Positions 25,040-38,999 of a stretch of 64,000 nucleotides of DNA are shown here, in pieces. The stretch comes from Vicugna vicugna (taxonomy: Eukaryota), in NCBI GenBank assembly GCA_013265495.1, contig MU058337.1, positions 6,864,716 to 6,928,715 of the forward strand, written 5' to 3'. Every line of letters starts with the position of its first letter. Position 1 is the first letter of the stretch. The notes beneath the pieces were generated by a model. That model saw only the letters and a program-made list of their open reading frames with translations. It searched no databases and was not told the origin of the DNA. A program made the position numbers and the translations under genes.

Positions 25040-25530
25040 ATAAAATTCTTTCAAAAAAAAATCTCTTTTGAGCCGCTGGAAAATCTAGTCAGGTAGATTG
25101 GAATAGTTTTTTATTTCTGTTTTTCGATGAGGAAATTGAAGACCAGAGAAATCAAATGATTCATTTGAGGTCACCTGGCTGATAGTTAACATTTTTTCTT
25201 GATAAGATGGCAGAAATTGTCAAAAAGATATAATCTTAAAATTTGAGTTTCTCAGGAACTTCTAAATGGTTAACTTGAATCATTACATGCCTTTCTGGAA
25301 AGTACCATGAATTCTCTGGGTTGATAGAAATTTGTGACGTGGAAATGAAATCATATTGTTTTGGAGGTGAAAAGTATCTTTAGAGATCATCTGGTCCAGC
25401 TTCCTAATTTTACAGTTGAGGAAGATAAGGTCTACCATGGTTAATTGATTTGTCTGTGGTCATACAGCTGGTTAGTATTACAAGAATAAAAATCTAGTTT
25501 ACTGACTTCTAGTCCAGTGTATTTTCCACT
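25040..25530 (-). mobile_element. Two MIR/MIR3 fragments (~25040-25190, ~25375-25530)
   Basis: gatgaggaaattgaagaccagag...ggtcac; ttagagatcatctggtccag...ttttacagttgaggaa. Confidence 0.65.
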
Positions 25531-27146
25531 GACCATAGGAAATAATTGAATTTACTTTGTTTATTCTTGCATTTCATCAAGTATCTTTACAGACCATGGT
25601 AATCAGATAATATCAGAATATGAAACATCTATTTGCACCATGAATCTCTTCCCTGCTTGTATATTTCATTAGTCCTAGATCAGTTTGTAGGTGAAATTGA
25701 TGTTCATTTTCCCATAAGCCAAGAATTGAGTTGTACATTCCTGTTTAAGAGCTATTAGGACAGAGAGAAAGAAATAAAAAGCAAGAACTACAAGATTGAT
25801 CTAAAAAAAATCTAATAGAAACTTACTGAAGAAGAAAGAATTTATTTAGTCGTCAAATAACATTGTGTAAGGGATGGAAGATCATGGTTTTACGTATACT
25901 TTGGTTAAAATAATTATGTGGCTTGAGAGAAAAACCTTCCTGTGCCTATTAAACCTAAAGTTCTTTAATGTAGAAGAAACTGTGTTAATGTAGGTCATTT
26001 TACCTTTCAGGCAGCTTTGCATTGGCTAAAATAAATATTCAGCTATAAATGGCAATTTGTTAAAATTGTATCATTACAGAAAGAGTTGTATTTCTAAGAC
26101 TGTTTAGATAATTTATTTAATCTGTCATTCTAATATATTGCTGTTTTCTTAAGTAGAAGACAGAGTTCCTATGGTGATAACAGAGGTGCCATAATATTTA
26201 TAGTATATTAAATTCATTTATAAACTATTTCACTAGCTAGAATTTACAGGATATTTAATCTCTGAGGTTAGCTTTTTATCTTCCCAGGCTTTTAATATGT
26301 TCATTTAGCCATTTTAATTTTCTTTATTCTTTTACAGAAAACTTCTGAGAGAATGTTAATTATTTTTTTTCCAGAAAATCAGAAATAATGGCTGTTCTAT
26401 AATTTTTTTTTTTAAATGAAAGAATGTGGGTAGTTTACTGATTTCTTTGGAGGTGATTTTGTGAAAAACCAATTAATGTGTCAGATTTTTAAAGGGACTT
26501 AAAACTTAAAGCCACTTTAAACTGAGAGGGGCAAAGATTCCTGACAGTGTTTGTTTCTCCTGGAAGAATCAACATCTGGCGGCTTGTGTAAACACAATGG
26601 TGTTGAGAGTTTTGTAATGTAAGAAGTAGCATGAGAGAGGAGGGGTAACTAACAGTAGATGATGGTTCTTGAATTGGAGACAGTCACAGCTAATAAATTA
26701 CGTATCATGTTCTGCATTTTCAAAGCTGAAGAGAAAGAGGCTGAAGATTATGGGTTCTAGAGACCCCAAAGGTGAGATGGTGGTGATGGGTTCCTTTGGA
26801 GGTTATGCTGGAGGTGCTCCATTTGAGGAAGGGGGTTTTGGAATAGCTTCCAGAATTTGAGAGACTCACAGATGTCTTTTTCTATGGCTTCAGTTGGAAA
26901 AAGAGTGCTGACTTCTTAGAGTCTTGGTGTCTTGAATATTCCCAACTCTGTGAAGCAAGCCCCAAACCACCCCACCCCACAGTATCCCAGGATATTCCAG
27001 TGAGCTGTGGCACAGGAGACCTGGGTTCTACCTGTGATGCCTAGTCCTTTGTATCTTGGCCTGATGTCACCTGCACAATGGGAGAGGCACCGACCAGCCT
27101 AGGGTGGATTTACACTGCTTCTTCTGGACCAATGTGTGTGTGTGTG

Positions 27147-27950
27147 TGTCCTGACGTAAAAATAGGTTTATTTAGACACATACTGCATAGAGTGCAGGCT
27201 GTTTCAAAAGGCAAGAGAAAGGTCACGAGGTGTGGGGGTTGGTGCTCAGATAAGAGTAAAAGTAGTTACACAGTCCATAGACGGTGTGGGCCATCTCCGA
27301 AGATGAGGGAGTGAGAGGAGGCGTGTTGCCAGTTTTTATGGGCTTGGTAGCTTCATATGCTAACAAGTGGGAGGACCATTTTAACTACCCAGGGGAAGGG
27401 GCTGGGATTCCCAGGAAGCTGGCCATTGCCCATTCTCTGACTTTTTATGATTAGCCTTGGAACTGTCATGGTGCCCGTGGGCATGTTATTCATTCTAATA
27501 TATTACAATGGGCGTAAATGAAGCTCAAGGTCTACTAGAAGTCAAATCTCTTGCTGTCTTGAGCCTACTGGGAGTTTAATTTTCCACCATTTTGATGTTA
27601 ATTGTTGCATCATTCCTTGAATGGCCGTGTCCTGCTTCCTTCCTTCCTGTCTTATTCCCCACTCAGAGATTTTACTGTCATAATCTTATGAGGTTGCAGA
27701 GGGGTGATGGGGACCAATTTTTTTGCTCTAGAGCCTGACCTGGTGCAACCCTGGAGCTCATTTCCAACAGAGATGACCTTTGGGAGGGGAGGGGCAGAGA
27801 GGCCAGATGGAGTCCAGTCTTCTCAGCTCCAGGCTTCCCCATATTCTCCTTCCACATTTTCATGTCAGGGCATTTTGCCCTTGAGCCTTCTGAGGATTCA
27901 AGTGTCTTCTTGTTTATCTTTTCGTCAGGATCTTAGCAGATCTTGAGACA
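27147..27950 (-). mobile_element. ERV1-like 3' LTR (~27147-27654) with polypurine tract and a short internal remnant
   Basis: On the minus strand a purine run GAGTGGGGAA abuts T(A)AGACAGGAAGG (LTR start), and AATAAA lies near 27167-27172. The LTR-like body includes ttcatatgctaa..gtgggagg and ggaactgtcatgg. Confidence 0.65.
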
Positions 27951-29387
27951 TTTTTGAGTTCTTAACGATGACATCAGCACACAAAAATGCTGTGTTGTTA
28001 CAATTTTTTAAGCTCTTGTTCAATGTTCAGTAGATCCCCAGTTGTCACTGGCCATATTCATTTACTCAACAGATACTAAAGGATAAACATTTTATTAAGA
28101 CACAGACCTTGTCCTCAAGGAGTGTGCAGTCTAGAGGGAGAAGGAACCTAGACAGGACTCAGGGAGCTTTTGGGGTGGTGTTCCCTTTTGGGAGCCGCTG
28201 CTTCTTGGTTGTTTCGGACCCTGGAAGGATGAAGGAAGGTTGTGACCACAAAGGTGCTAAGAACAAAGTTGGCTCTCTGAGAATGAAGTAGAAACGTACT
28301 GGGACCTCCACATCTGTTTCTCTGCCTTCCTGAGACCTAGGAAATATGAAGCTTGACCTGCATGTTCATTGTAGGAGTAGTAGTAGAATGTTTCTCTCAT
28401 AAAGATACTGAGCAGAGATAAAGACACTCACATCAGTGTTAAGTGTGCAGTGGGAATTGTGGGTCAGGCTAAAAGGCACAGGCAGAGAGGGAGGGAAGGC
28501 TTTTTATTTTTATGATAATGTTGCTATTAATATCCTGAAGGGTCCTAAAATGAAGATTTTTAGCTATGCCCAAGTGATTTGCTTTGGCAACTAGGGAGAA
28601 CAGATTGGGCATTTAAGAGATTATTTCTCTTGGTATTTAGCATGTGTTCTGGAGGTGCAAAGACCCCCCAGATAGGCAGGGCTTTGGATTTTGATCATGT
28701 CTTTAAGTAGTCCTAGAAGCCCTATGAAACTTATGTTAAATAATACAGTGTCATACTAAACTTATGTTAAGTAATATGGTAGTATATTACTGTAGTTATT
28801 TATATGCTATAGTTGAGGGTGCAAAAACTGTAAAACCTCTACTTTCTTCAGAACTGAAAATGAAACTAATTTTTGTGGGGCTTCAGATTAAAAATAATCT
28901 GAGTTAATTATGAGAACTGTGCATGAAAAGAAAATTCAATTTTTTATGCAAAATCGTCAGTGACTTTAAGTTCTATGGAACACAGATTTGCATGAGCTTT
29001 TAGTGATTGTAAAGAATGCTGAATACTTAGCACGGGGGGATTTTGGAAGCAAGGTTACATCCTGCTGATTGCAGTTAGGCATTACTGACAAGTTACTGGT
29101 CATTGTTTCTAGAACAGTACCACATTTCAAGTGTGAAGGAACATCTTTATTTATAAAACACTAAGATTGTTTCTTAGGTAAAGGTGCATTACTTGGTTTA
29201 GGTCTGATTTTTATTTAGTTTGATTGATATTTTGCTTCCTGCTTTGAAGGACAAGTGTAGATTATGTTAATAAGCCCCTGGGAAAAGAAGTGAGCAAATA
29301 TTTGATTGACAAATAAATATACGTATTATAGATGCGTCCATATCTAAACTATGTTTCCACATATCTGAGTAGATGGTTTTTTAATTA

Positions 29388-29523
29388 ATTTTTTAATTCA
29401 GATATAGTTGATGTACAATATTATATAAATTACAGGTGTATAGTATAATGATTCACCGTTTTTAAAGATTATATCCCACTTATAGTTATTATAAAATATT
29501 TGCTATATTCCCCATGTTGTACA
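29388..29523 (-). mobile_element. Short L1 3' end
   Basis: gatatagttgatgtacaatattatataa..tacaggtgta...ttccccatgttgtaca. Confidence 0.8.
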
Positions 29524-29559
29524 GGAATAGAAAGATTTTTAATTTCCACACATGCACCA

Positions 29560-29970
29560 AATTAATTGAACACGTTTGTTGAGTCCTTTCATGTGCCAGG
29601 CATTCTGCTAGGGTAACCAGAATGAGTAAGACAGGCCCTGTCCTACTTTGCTGACAGACTATTAGGGGAGAGAGGATTGCAGAATAAGCTTTATACACAT
29701 TTAAATAGAAGATTTTTATCATTGGAGAGTTAAAAGTCATGTGTTTAAAGTTCCTCAGGAAAGAGAGTACCTCCAATGGAGTGACTCAAAAATAGCTTGA
29801 TGAAGGATATAGCGTTTTGAGCTGAGAGTAGATTTGAGAGATGACAGTTGTTCTGGTTAGAGGGACCACGTGAGTGAAGGCTGTGGGGAAGGACATCTGG
29901 GGAACGTGGTAGCTGAGTCTGGCGACATGTTGGGAGGGTTAAGAGTGCACAGGTCCTGGGCACTCAAGGA
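29560..29970 (-). mobile_element. L2 LINE 3' fragment
   Basis: ttgaacacgtttgttgagtcct..atgtgccaggcattctgctagg...gtaagacag. Confidence 0.65.
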
Positions 29971-32900
29971 GGGAGAGGGTTGACAAGGGCTGTGTCGTGG
30001 AGTGTTGACTTTTTTCTTTGTTGTGGGTTTTGACGCCTAGATCAGAGCTTTGTTGTGGGAGTATAGTGTCTGTGACATTGGAGCCCAGTGGCTGGAGCAT
30101 AAGTTGGGGCAGAGTATTGGGGGTTTAGATATTTCTTAGGAGACTTTGCCATAACTTAGGCCAGAGGTAAAGGGTTTATGTGTAAGAAGAATTTTGGGAC
30201 AAAGTTGATAACTATTTGAACTTTATTAGATTAGATTATTTATTGAATAAATATTTACCAATAATCCTTCCTCCCTGCACACCAGGGTGAGCTTGGTGCT
30301 CCCTGGCAAGTGAGATTGAGAAGCTGGAGGCATTAAATGTAGCTTTATGTTTCAGCCAGGAAGGTGGCAATGCAGAAATCTGAGAATACCCACCCCTGTT
30401 ACTCAGGGACCTTGACGAAGTGTAAATTTATCTGGCCTCCTGCTTTCAAATGAACCTTTGCAGACAGATGAGAATCTCAACTCCCATTGTACCAGAGAAA
30501 AGGATTAGCAGTGAGCTGTTAGGCGCTTTCATTTTTTAGAGAGTGTTCAGTGTAGAACAGACAAGACAGCTTTACAAACCATCCGTCTAGTTCTCCTTAA
30601 AATACTCAGTCAGAATCAGCATGTGCTAAGGAGGCCCTGACCAGCTGCCTTCTCCATCACTGTGACTTCATATCAATTTTCTGGAACGACCTTTCCTCCC
30701 TCCTGTTTTAGAGAAAAATTAAAGAAGTCTTTAAAAATGGTAGGTTCATGAACAGTTATTTAGAGATAAGATAAATAATTAGGTAATTCATTTTGTTACC
30801 CTTTTTGTGTACCTTTATGTAGTTGACTTATTTTAGGTAAGAGAAGATAAACATGACTGCTTTGTACAGTGGGCCCCCATTCCTTTTTGGATTTGAGCTT
30901 CTTTAACATTTCCAAGTACAAGCCAAGTCGCTGCATGGATTGATAAATTATAGATGGAAAAGTGTTCTCAGTTTTCCTCCTCCTGGATTTCTTTGCCTCC
31001 ATTGACCATAGATCTGTCCTCTTTGAAATTCCATCTTCCTTTGATACCGTTGTTACTACTTGGCTATTGATCAATATGGTGACAGTGGTAATAATTACAA
31101 CAGTTTTTTTCTGTCTTTGTTTCTCTTTCACTGCTTCCCCATTCAGCTTCCTACTACAGCTGTATGTGAGAAGGATGAGTACATGAAGATTTCCTCTTTG
31201 CACCTTCCAAAGAGTTTAGCAACTACCTCTATTTCAACAACTCATCCCCGTATCTTTATTTCCAGTCTTGACCAAGACGTTTGTGAGGGTTAGGAAAGCC
31301 AGTTGGTGAAGGGATATGATGAGAGAAAAATGAGGAGGATAAATGAGAATTTGCCCCAAATGAAAGATCCACAGGTCTTCTTGGGCAGCTTTAGAATAGA
31401 GCAGCGCAGCAGGGAATGAAGACCCGAAGGTGTTGAACCTCCCTTTCTTGTTGTAAGGTGGTGCTCCTCAGCATGAAATCCGCCAGCTGGAGTTTGTTTG
31501 TGAATTGTTCATAACTGGTCTACGATGAGATACGTTCAGAAATTGAGAATAGTGTTTAGAAACCTTTAACAGGTTGACAGGGCAACTTCAAGTCTGTTGA
31601 ATCTAATAAAATTTGTGACATATATCTTGCATGCCTTTTTGTTTCGATTACTGTTGTTATTATTTTGTATTTTATGAAAGTGTTGATCCCCAGTGGAATG
31701 GGGAGGAAGTGTGCCTTCACAACCTGTTGTAGGTTTGTGGACGTGGTAGATGAAGATGTCCTATTTGAAGTGGTTGGTTTGAGCAGCGAGAGTGAGGGGT
31801 ACCCGGCTGGGAGCAGGTGGGTGCTCACCTTAGCACCTGAGAAAAAGATTCTCCGGTGAGACGAAGTCTTGTGACTTGAAGGAGTTTGGGGGTGGAGGAC
31901 AGTGTTTGGGCACATGGCACCCACACTCAGGTGAGGCCCAGCCCCAGCATTTGATAGTAGTGTGTCTGTTGTCCTGCCATCAGGGCCTTCTCAGCTGGGG
32001 CTGTTGGAGCATCACTGGTAGTGTCATTTTGGGCTCACCGGCCATGACAAAGAGTATCATATCTTTCTGTCTGTCCTGTGCTTGCTTTTTCTCTTCTATT
32101 TGTCCCTGTTCTTTCCTACCTGACTCTGCCTAGACATAGTGCACAAATCTTAATGGTGATTTTTCTCTTTTGTTTCTCAAACACTTCTTTAAAATTCCTC
32201 TAACATGAAGGATTCCTTCTGTTGGTGGTTTTCTGGACCCCTTGTCTTCTAAGCCGTACACCTTTCCATAGGCCTTTTCCTAATTCTTTCACGTGTGTGA
32301 CAGTGGCTGTTTTTCTTTCTGTGAAAGGTGGTGCCATGGATGCCCAGCAAATATTAACACCAGCAGAGCAGATTCTGGCATCCTGGGCTGGCAACTTCCT
32401 AATTCTCTATCTTTTCCGCCGAAGCGACAGGATATTAAACCACTGAGCTGGCGTGGTCCTCGGCTGCCTGCCAACGGAATATTTGGGGAAGAATGGACCA
32501 GCTTTTGTTTCTCTTGCCTTCTTTGTAGCCTTGGGGTGGATTCTGAGGGGATGTTTTCCCTTGCAGCTCTTACCCATTTGGTATTGAGAAAGCAGGAAAG
32601 CGAGTTTTCCTGTTACGAGCAGTGAACAAAAAGTGAGCAGCGGATGGAGATATCCTGTTGGAGAAGGCTTGGAGAGGGGGAATGGTGAATGCAGACAGAC
32701 ACACCTCATTCTTTCTGTGTCTTTAAGGAATATGAGGAGATGGGAAGGAAATCAGACACTCTGCAGGCCAAGTCGAAATGGTTTTCCTTTTATTTATGGT
32801 GCTTAATAAGAAGATTATAATGTGTGCTTTGTGATTTAAAAACTTGTCAGACACAGAGATCTATAGCGCATGACAAATTAGAAAAATGAAACAGTTTGAA

Positions 32901-33949
32901 AAGTTTCCCATGAGGTCATTCTAAGTTTGCATGGGAGAGGGCAATGAACTGTAAAAGTGAATGTAAACTCTATCCAAGTTTTTTTTATTTTTATGTTTAA
33001 AAATCACTTAAAAATGGGAAATTCTTGATGAATTAGATTTGTAAGAAGATGGTTTGTTATATGCTTTTAGGGGACCAGTCCTTGGTACTTTTTTTAAAAA
33101 GAACTTTTTCCTCTCTTGCTACAAGAGCAATACATGTTTATGATAGGAAAATTAGAAAGCACATACAGACAACTGAACAGTACAGGAGTGGACTAGAAAG
33201 ACATGGCAATGGAAAGTTAGAGCAATGTGGTGAAGGAGAGAAAACCAGGGTCTTCAGGGAGCAGTGAGGGTGGGGAAGGGTCAAAGAAGAGCTCCCCAGG
33301 TCCCTCCACCAGGAGGCTGTCTTGCTTGCATGCCACACCTTCAGATGTGACTTTATACCCTTTGAGCCTGGTGTCCCCAGTCTGCCACGGGTAGACCCAG
33401 TCATTCTCAGTTTGTTTGGAACTGGAAAACTGTTGACAAATTGAAAGACCAGTTAACTCAGTGCATTTCACATCAGCGAGTGAGTGAGAAGTATGTGTAT
33501 GTGAGACTCTTTGAGAACCTAGGCTGTAAGGGATATAAAGAAAATATAAAAGAGAAGATGCAGAAGAGCAAAATACAGTTTTTTTGGAAGTGAGGGGGAA
33601 CGTACTGTGGCCTCGGTCATCCTTCAGTGTCTTCTTGACCTTCGCAGTCCCTCCGTGTCTTGCCATTTTGACAGATGCTTAGATGTTCTATGGAATGTGG
33701 GTGCTTCACTGATGTATCTCAGTAAACACGTTATAGAGCAACTGTCAGCAGGTCATACTTTTAGTCAAATTTAGCTTTAAGGACAGTGAGAGATAGCTTT
33801 ATACATGGAATTAAAGTGTCTTAGGCTTTTTTTTTTTAATCTGTGAAAATATATTTACCATCAGGTCTGCTAGCCACCTTATTGGTAATGTATGATTAAC
33901 ATGTAAAATGAAAAGTGTGGAGACTTGGACTGGATAATCTGTTGATCTT

Positions 33950-35760
33950 AGTAACCTGTTTATTTAACAAATATTCAGTGAGTTCTGTTACATACCAGCT
34001 ATTGGGCCAGAACCTGGACTAGAACTGTGAATTGGACAGTTTATTGCATTGTCTTTAACTTCATAGACCTGCCAGTCTGGTCAGGACATAAATAGGTAAC
34101 CAGACAGTTCTAACGTGGTGGGTTAAGAGCTCTGGAAAGACATATGTGAAGTGTCCTATAAGAACATGGAAGAGGCACCTGTTCTGGACCAGAGGGAGTG
34201 ACAAGTAGGCAGAGGTCTGAAGGATAAAAAGAAATGAGCCAGATGAAGGAGGATAGTCTATTTTAGCTGTAGGTACCAGCACAGGCAAAGTCCTGGAGGC
34301 CAGAAAAAGGATGGAAACATTTAGTAACTAAAAGCTGGTCAATATGACCAAATTCTGTAGTGCTAGATGGGAATGATGAGAGAGAGCTCTAAAAAGGTAA
34401 GCTGGGGCCCAATATGAAGGACCTTCTAGGGCATGTTAAGAAGTATAAGCTTAGGAGTTCAGCAAAGATGCAGGGCATAGAATCAATATAAAAAAATCAT
34501 ATTTATTATCTTTACTAGCAATGAACAAACTGAAAATGAAATTAAGAAAACAGATCTAATGACAATAGCATCAAAAAATAAATACTTAGGACTAAATTTA
34601 ACAAAAGAAGAGCAAGATTTGTCTATCAAAATTGTTTAAAAAATACATTATATTCATACAGTGGAATATTATTTAGCCATAAAAGGAGTGAAGTACAGAT
34701 ACATCCCACAACATCGATAAACTTTGAAAACATGCTAAGTGGAAGAAGCCAGATATAAAGGGCACATATTTAGAAGTGTCCAGAATAGGCAAATCTATAG
34801 AGACAGAAAGTAGATTAGTGGTTGCCAGGGACTGGGGACAAGGGGTGTGGAGAGAGACTGCTAGTTGGTATGGAGTTTCTTTTGGAGTGATGGGAACTGG
34901 ATTGCTGTGATGGTTGCATGACCCTGTGGGTATAGTGAAATCTGAATTCTATACATGAATGAATTTTGTGGTTTATCTCTCAATAAAAGATTTTGTTAAA
35001 AAGTATGAACTTCATCCTGAGATTGGTTGGAATCCCCTGAAGAATTTTCAGCAGGGTAGTGAAATGGTTGTATTTATTTTTGGAAGGTCATTCTGGCTGC
35101 AGTGAGGAGAGCGGCTTGAAAAGGGTCGAGACCAGAGGCAAGGATCCCACTTAAGAGGGTTAGAGTAATAAGTGAGAAGCTCTCCTGGTTTAAACTAGGG
35201 ACATAGCAATGGGAGTTACAGGAAATAGACAGTTAATTCAACAGGATTTGGTGACTGATTAGATGTTGGAGGGACAGAGAGAGGGGACTCGTGGTCTGTG
35301 CCTGTATGCCCAGCATCCTGCGTGGGTGGAGGAGTGAGCAGGTCAGGGAAGAAAGGTGACCTCAGTATGCCCATAGCTGGACCCACTGAGATGTCCCGGG
35401 TCAGGCACTATAGGTATAGACAGAACTCAGGAATCTAAAACCTAAGAGGGCTTGTTGAAAATGCAGATTCTTGGGCTCCACTTCATACATGCTAAGTCAG
35501 AATCTCTGATCATGGTGGATCTACCTGTTTGAGGCCTTTGTGGACGTGCCTTGAAACCATAGGAATGGATGTGATTTCTTATGGAGAGGGTGTGGAGGGG
35601 AAGCGAAGGTTCCATCACCGTTTACGGGCCAGGAATGGAAGAGGAGACCTCACAGGGGTCTGGACCCTGAGAGATATGAGGCATCCCGGTGAGTGGGGTG
35701 TTGGGAGCCAAAGGAAGAGTGTTTCAAAGCAAAGAGTCCCTAGGTGTCATAAGCTTCTAG
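33950..35760 (-). mobile_element. L2 LINE, split by an L1 (34453-34997) and a MER5-like piece (~35420-35520)
   Basis: Antisense L2 motifs (atttaacaaatattcagtgag; caaagtcctggaggc; ggtcattctggctgcagtg; caacaggatttggtgactgatt) continue on both sides of the L1. Confidence 0.8.
34453..34997 (+). mobile_element. Internally deleted L1 (RT-region fragment fused to an L1MB-like 3' end), TSD-flanked
   Basis: EFSKDAGHRINIKK...KYLGLNLTKE-like coding sequence, then the L1 tail ending ctcaataaa. TSD is aagaagtataagctt / aaaaagtatgaactt. Confidence 0.85.
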
Positions 35761-37149
35761 CGGTCAGGTAAGGTAATAGACACCAATAGCTTTACCAACA
35801 AAGTAGTGACTTGGTAAGGGCCATGGATGGTGCAGCCATGTGCCCAGAACAGGGCGGGTGTGGGGCTCCACATGAGGCCCATATCCTCCAAGGAGTGGCG
35901 TCCTCGTGCTGACGGGCAGTGCCACCCAGCATGCTTTCCTTGGCTCTGCTCCATCCCACAGCGTGGCCTTGTCAGAGCACAGTAAGCACTTCAGGGCCTC
36001 TGCTGGGTGAGTGTTTGACCAGGATGCTTTAGGGGAACCTTGGTGAGTGGCCTTGGTCTACGGGGCACAGGGAAGTGGGCAGGGGAGAGAAGATGCATCT
36101 TTAGGGCAGAGGGTTGCAGGGTTGCTGACACAGGCAAATGTCCTGTCTGGTTTTTCACTTGTCCTAGTAGAGCCCAGCGCTCTTTTCCGTGGCCTCTGGC
36201 ACAGTGAGTGTCAAGATGTCAAGTACTGTTATGCTTGTGTCTGAATCACTGAGGCCGGGGTTTTTGAAGTTGGGGCATTTCATATTTTTCTTGGTGTGTT
36301 GGTCATGTACAGTTTTTTTTTTTAAGGTTAACGCCCTTCACTTCATTACATAGGAAATTTATGTATTTTCTTTTTCTTTTGGTCATGTATAGTTTTGAAA
36401 GATACTGTACAAATACTTGGAATACCCTCCTACCCCCAATTTTGGCACTTTATTTGACCTTTTGAAATACTGTCTAATACAAGTTATGCAGTTCTCTTAG
36501 AGTTGTAAATCTAGATCTCATCAGTTTTCAGCTTCGTAAAATTACAGGGTATTAATTATCAGTATAAGAAAAATCAGTGTGAATGGTAGTATCTTCAAAC
36601 TGGGTTAAATGCATGTCAGTTAGTTTGCTTGTCTAAGGAAAGTGCTTGCTGGTCTGTTGTAAGCCAGCGTGGAACTCCAGGTCTGCTTATCTGTGTTTTT
36701 AAAACCACTGTTCCTTAGTTATTGTTTCGAAGAACTTTGAAGCTGCTCCACTTTCAGATTTATAATTTGCACTTTTAACCTTTATTTTATAAGCTGCAAT
36801 TAGTTTTTTTCTTCATTAAAGGCAGCACATTAGTGTTATGGAAACATTTAAATGTTCAAATAACTATTATACTTTTATTTGGGGGACAATTGTGTAGTAG
36901 CAAGAGACGGAAGTCCCCTAAATGCAAAGCTGACCTGACTCAGTGGTTTAGGAAAGAAATCAGAGGTTAAGTGAAAGCCCAAGCAGTTCCTCTGCCTGCA
37001 TGGCGAGGTAGTTATTTTAAAAGTAGGTCTTAAAAATATCATTTCCCCTCTATGGTTATCTATTTTGTGCTGCAAAATTTCATACCCAGTGTATCAATAT
37101 TTTGGACCACTTCCTGGTGTGAATGCTAAAAATTCTATATATTAATTTG

Positions 37150-37778
37150 GAATATTGGTTTCCAGTGCCAGAAGTCAGTCCAAGTAATTTAAGTAAAAAA
37201 GGGAAGTGTACTATAAAGACATAGGGTGTCTCCCAGAGACCAAGGGCAGGGATGCGGCTGGGTGTATTGAGAGGTTTCCCAGCCTTCAGGAATCTCTCCC
37301 TTATCTCTGGCTGCTTTCCTTAAGGTTTTGAGTCCTTCTCGACCTGGAGATTCCCTTTCTTTGCTCCCAATCTTCATGATGGGAAATGGCACTCTGAGAG
37401 TCCAGTTACTTGGCAAGAGACTGGCTGGTCTCTCAGACTCAACTCTAATACCCATAATGAAGGGGCCTAGATTGGGTCTGATGTCTACCCTTAGAACCTG
37501 CCGTTGTGGCCAGGGCCATCAGTCGTAGGAATGTGGCTTGTGGGAGCCCTACTTCTGTACCTATGGCTCTGCAGGGCCACTGCCTTCCGTCAGAGCAAGA
37601 GACTGCTTCTTGGCCCCAGAGAAGGACTGGCCTGGGCGGCCTTCCAACCTGTTTTGGCATAAATGACTCCCACTGCCATGGAGAGGGTTAGGGAAAAAAG
37701 GGGCATTTCAGAAAAAAGGTGTGTTATGGGGAAGAAGGAAATGCTGGGCAGTCACCCAACAAGTATTCACTCTATGAC
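37150..37778. mobile_element. Old MaLR LTR (MLT1K/L-like)
   Basis: aagtaaaaaagggaagtgtactataaagaca...gattgggtc...tgtggccagggcc...atgctgggcag. Confidence 0.5.
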
Positions 37779-38999
37779 ATTTATTTTAACTTAGAGAACA
37801 GAACTAGGAGGAGAGTTTGTTGCCCCAAAATATAAATCCATTCACAAATGACTTTTGGATTGCTCATTTTTCTGTTCCGGACAATTAGGAGCTGGTTTTA
37901 CTCACAGCAAAGTCTGGGCCACACCTAGTTGAATCATTACAGACATAACATCTTTTTTCCCCTCAGAGTTAATAATGTACAGAATAATACTAGTTATCCT
38001 TCAAAGGGATATTAGCATATCTTTATAATACTTTTAAATATTTAATATTTAAATCTCCCTTTGATGTTTTCTGTTAAGATTTGTTTTAAAGGACAGTCTC
38101 AAAAACAATTTCCTCAGCAGCATTTAATGTGCCCAAACAATGTCAGACAAGAAAGTCATTGGATGCCTAGGGACATTAAATTGCAATTATTAGTTTGCAT
38201 GGCAAAACAGATCTCATATTTGCATTTTCAGAATTTTTTAACCATATATCCTAATAATGACCCAAGAATATATTTAGTGTTCTCTTTATCAGGAAAAAAA
38301 AATATTTCCAGGGAAGGCACTGTGTTCACTAAACTGGAAGAAGACCTTCTGGAATTTAAATTTGTCATCTTCAAAGCATTTGGTGTGGAATATAGTAACC
38401 AGACCAAGTTCTGTTTCATTCAGCTACAAAGGCACTTTTGTTAAAATTCAATGTCCCTGTGATGCTAGTGCAGCTGATATTTGGTTCAGACAGTGCTTTT
38501 GGAAAGCTTGGCTTATTTCAGAAAAAGCCCAGACCCCTTGGGCTAGGAATTTACAATAGGCCTCAGATTCTGGGTCTAGCGCTATGTACTTCTAGGCTGG
38601 GTTATGAGCTGTCTTCCCTGTATCTGTTATCTGTCTTCATTTAAGGCTGGAGAGAGGCTGTACAGGCTTATGAGGCAGACCTGTTGAAAGCCTGGAGAAA
38701 AGTTAAGAATTGTGTGCATAGTAGTAATTAACATAATTAATTACATAGTTTGTGTCCCATGTAAATTACACTTAATTTTCCATTAAAACTGAAATCTAAA
38801 TTCCCTGTGCCTCTTTTCCTGCTCTGCCCTGTGATTTTGGACTGACCACAGTTGACTGAGTACTTGCCAAACTGCCTTTCTCTTTCAGTCCCTCCCATTC
38901 TTCTCTCTGGCTTTCCATACCAGGTGTCCTGAAATCACCTTCCTCCACTCACTAGAACACCCCCAGCCCAAACAAACATCTCATCTCCTGGTCCTGCAG

